Source: Podarcis tiliguerta (lineage: Eukaryota). From it: 64,000 nt of DNA. The first letter of the stretch is position 1; every line of letters begins with the position of its first letter. A program made the position numbers and the translations under genes. Where the stretch lies: NCBI GenBank assembly GCA_965153285.1, contig OZ229111.1; one strand, written 5' to 3'. Shown piece after piece: positions 62,452-64,000 of the stretch. The notes beneath the pieces were generated by a model. The model had not been told where the DNA came from and did no database searches. It worked only from the letters and a program-made list of their open reading frames with translations.

Positions 62452-63650
62452 TATTTTATTTTTTTAAGTAACTTTTATTAGATTTTCATTAATAACAGTC
62501 CAATGGAGGCCACATTAATATAATACCTAATCATCCCAAATCCTAATACAATCAAAAGAGCCAATTAATCAGTTCCGAATTCAACATTTTTGGATGACTT
62601 CCCATGTTCCGGTTATCAGGAGTTGATGTTATTCCTTAGTCCTGCTCCAATTCTCTTAATTAGTCCAAATACAACAATTCCAATCTTAATCCTTTATTTT
62701 AGCAGCCACTGGTGTGGTGACTTTCATTCATATTTAACAAAGCCATATACATTAACTTGCAATAGGAATTTATATCCTGTAGTTTTCTATGTGAAATATT
62801 TGTTTACATTCATCCTTTCCTTCGAGGACTCAATTCTCATTACGCCACAACTTCTCCATTTTGGCTTTCCAAAACCGAAAGTATTCCAGCATCCAGCCTT
62901 GACTCCTGGCATACTTCCAGCATTTGTCTTCTTTTGATCCTTTCCAATCTTCTAACAAGCTGGTGTCTCACCGAAACCAAAATAAATCAGAGTTAGAGCC
63001 CTCTTTGGTAGGCAATGCCACAAAATATCATAGTATATCACACAGCCTGTTTCTTCAAGTACTCCGTAAAGAAAATTATAAAGTTCTTGTTGAATCGCTC
63101 TTGCATTCCATATATAGTTGTAATCCATTAATAATTTCATTCCATTAGTAATTAATTAATTAGTTCTTCTTCAATGAAGGCTTGCCAAATCATAGCATAG
63201 CAAATATAATGAAAAAACAGAACAAAGGCTCCCCTTCACTTCACTTACACAGCAATCCAATTACGATGATAGTCCTCTCCAGATCAAAACCTTGGCACCC
63301 AGTGGCTGATTCATTTAGCAGGTTATCTTTCTTCTTCATCCAGTTTATCAAGTCCAAATTCAGATCCATCTTAAAAGAAACAGAAGTACCTCCGCTCATG
63401 GCGACCGCGTTGGGGAGTTTCCAATACATACAGTGCTATGCACTCTGCATCCCTGCCCTCACATTCCATTGGAGCGAGAGGCAGTTATTGGACGATCTGT
63501 GAGTGAAAGCTCTCCCCCCTTCAACCCAGGGGGTGGGACTTGTCAGGATAATTACTCCCAGATTATCCTTAATTAACTGCATGATTGGCATCCACTATCA
63601 TGGGATCCGCTGTTCACCATGGCGGCAGTGCCAGAAGTCTCCAATAAGAG
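62452..63650 (-). mobile_element. Possible decayed L1-like element
   Basis: Starts with a T-rich tract (reverse poly-A with AATAAA), has an A-rich minus strand with broken ORFs and a CpG-richer distal end; no diagnostic motif recognised. Confidence 0.35.
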
Positions 63651-64000
63651 ACAGTCTAGAGGCAGAGGTTTAAAAGGCCTCAGACTGCTTGCAACTTCTG
63701 TTGGAGTAAATTGCTCATTCAGAGCTATCCGTGGTCCTGACCTTCTGACTCGCCTTCTCTGTGGAAAGCAACATGAAAGTACAGTATATATATATATATA
63801 TATATGTCTTAATAAATTAAAAGGCTAAAAGTACATGTATGTATGTTGCAAAAGTACAAGAAAAACAATAAAATAGAATAACATTAAGCATGACAATGGT
63901 GGATTAAAATTCAGTTTAAAATTTATTGGGAGATTCAAAATGCTTGGTTTTTTTGCTTTGTTTTTAAGAAGTATCTCTGGTGCCTAACAGATAACAAAAA

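Overview
Vertebrate, non-genic genomic DNA, almost certainly from a squamate and probably a lacertid lizard, judged from its Sauria SINEs, RTE-BovB, CR1/L2 relics and hAT/Tc1 MITEs. I could not identify any host exon, so this is an intron or intergenic tract, and nearly all ORFs in the track are spurious or TE fragments. The only long ORF (53097-56936, 1279 aa) is a Ty1/copia gag-pol followed by a polypurine tract and a complete 379-bp 3' LTR, with no 5' LTR or PBS. Protease, RT and RNase H catalytic motifs are intact. The integrase reads D..N-X33-E instead of D..D-X35-E, the Gag zinc knuckle survives only out of frame, and the start codon comes from flanking DNA. Other contents: two decayed BovB LINEs (one nested in a Sauria SINE and itself carrying a nested BovB tail), two 73-bp BovB tail insertions with the same 5' breakpoint, six Sauria SINEs, several TSD-flanked MITEs, solo LTRs and microsatellites. 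The exact 5' end of the minus-strand BovB folds by eye into an HDV-like double-pseudoknot ribozyme with non-canonical features. All family assignments come from motif recognition by eye; no database search was run.
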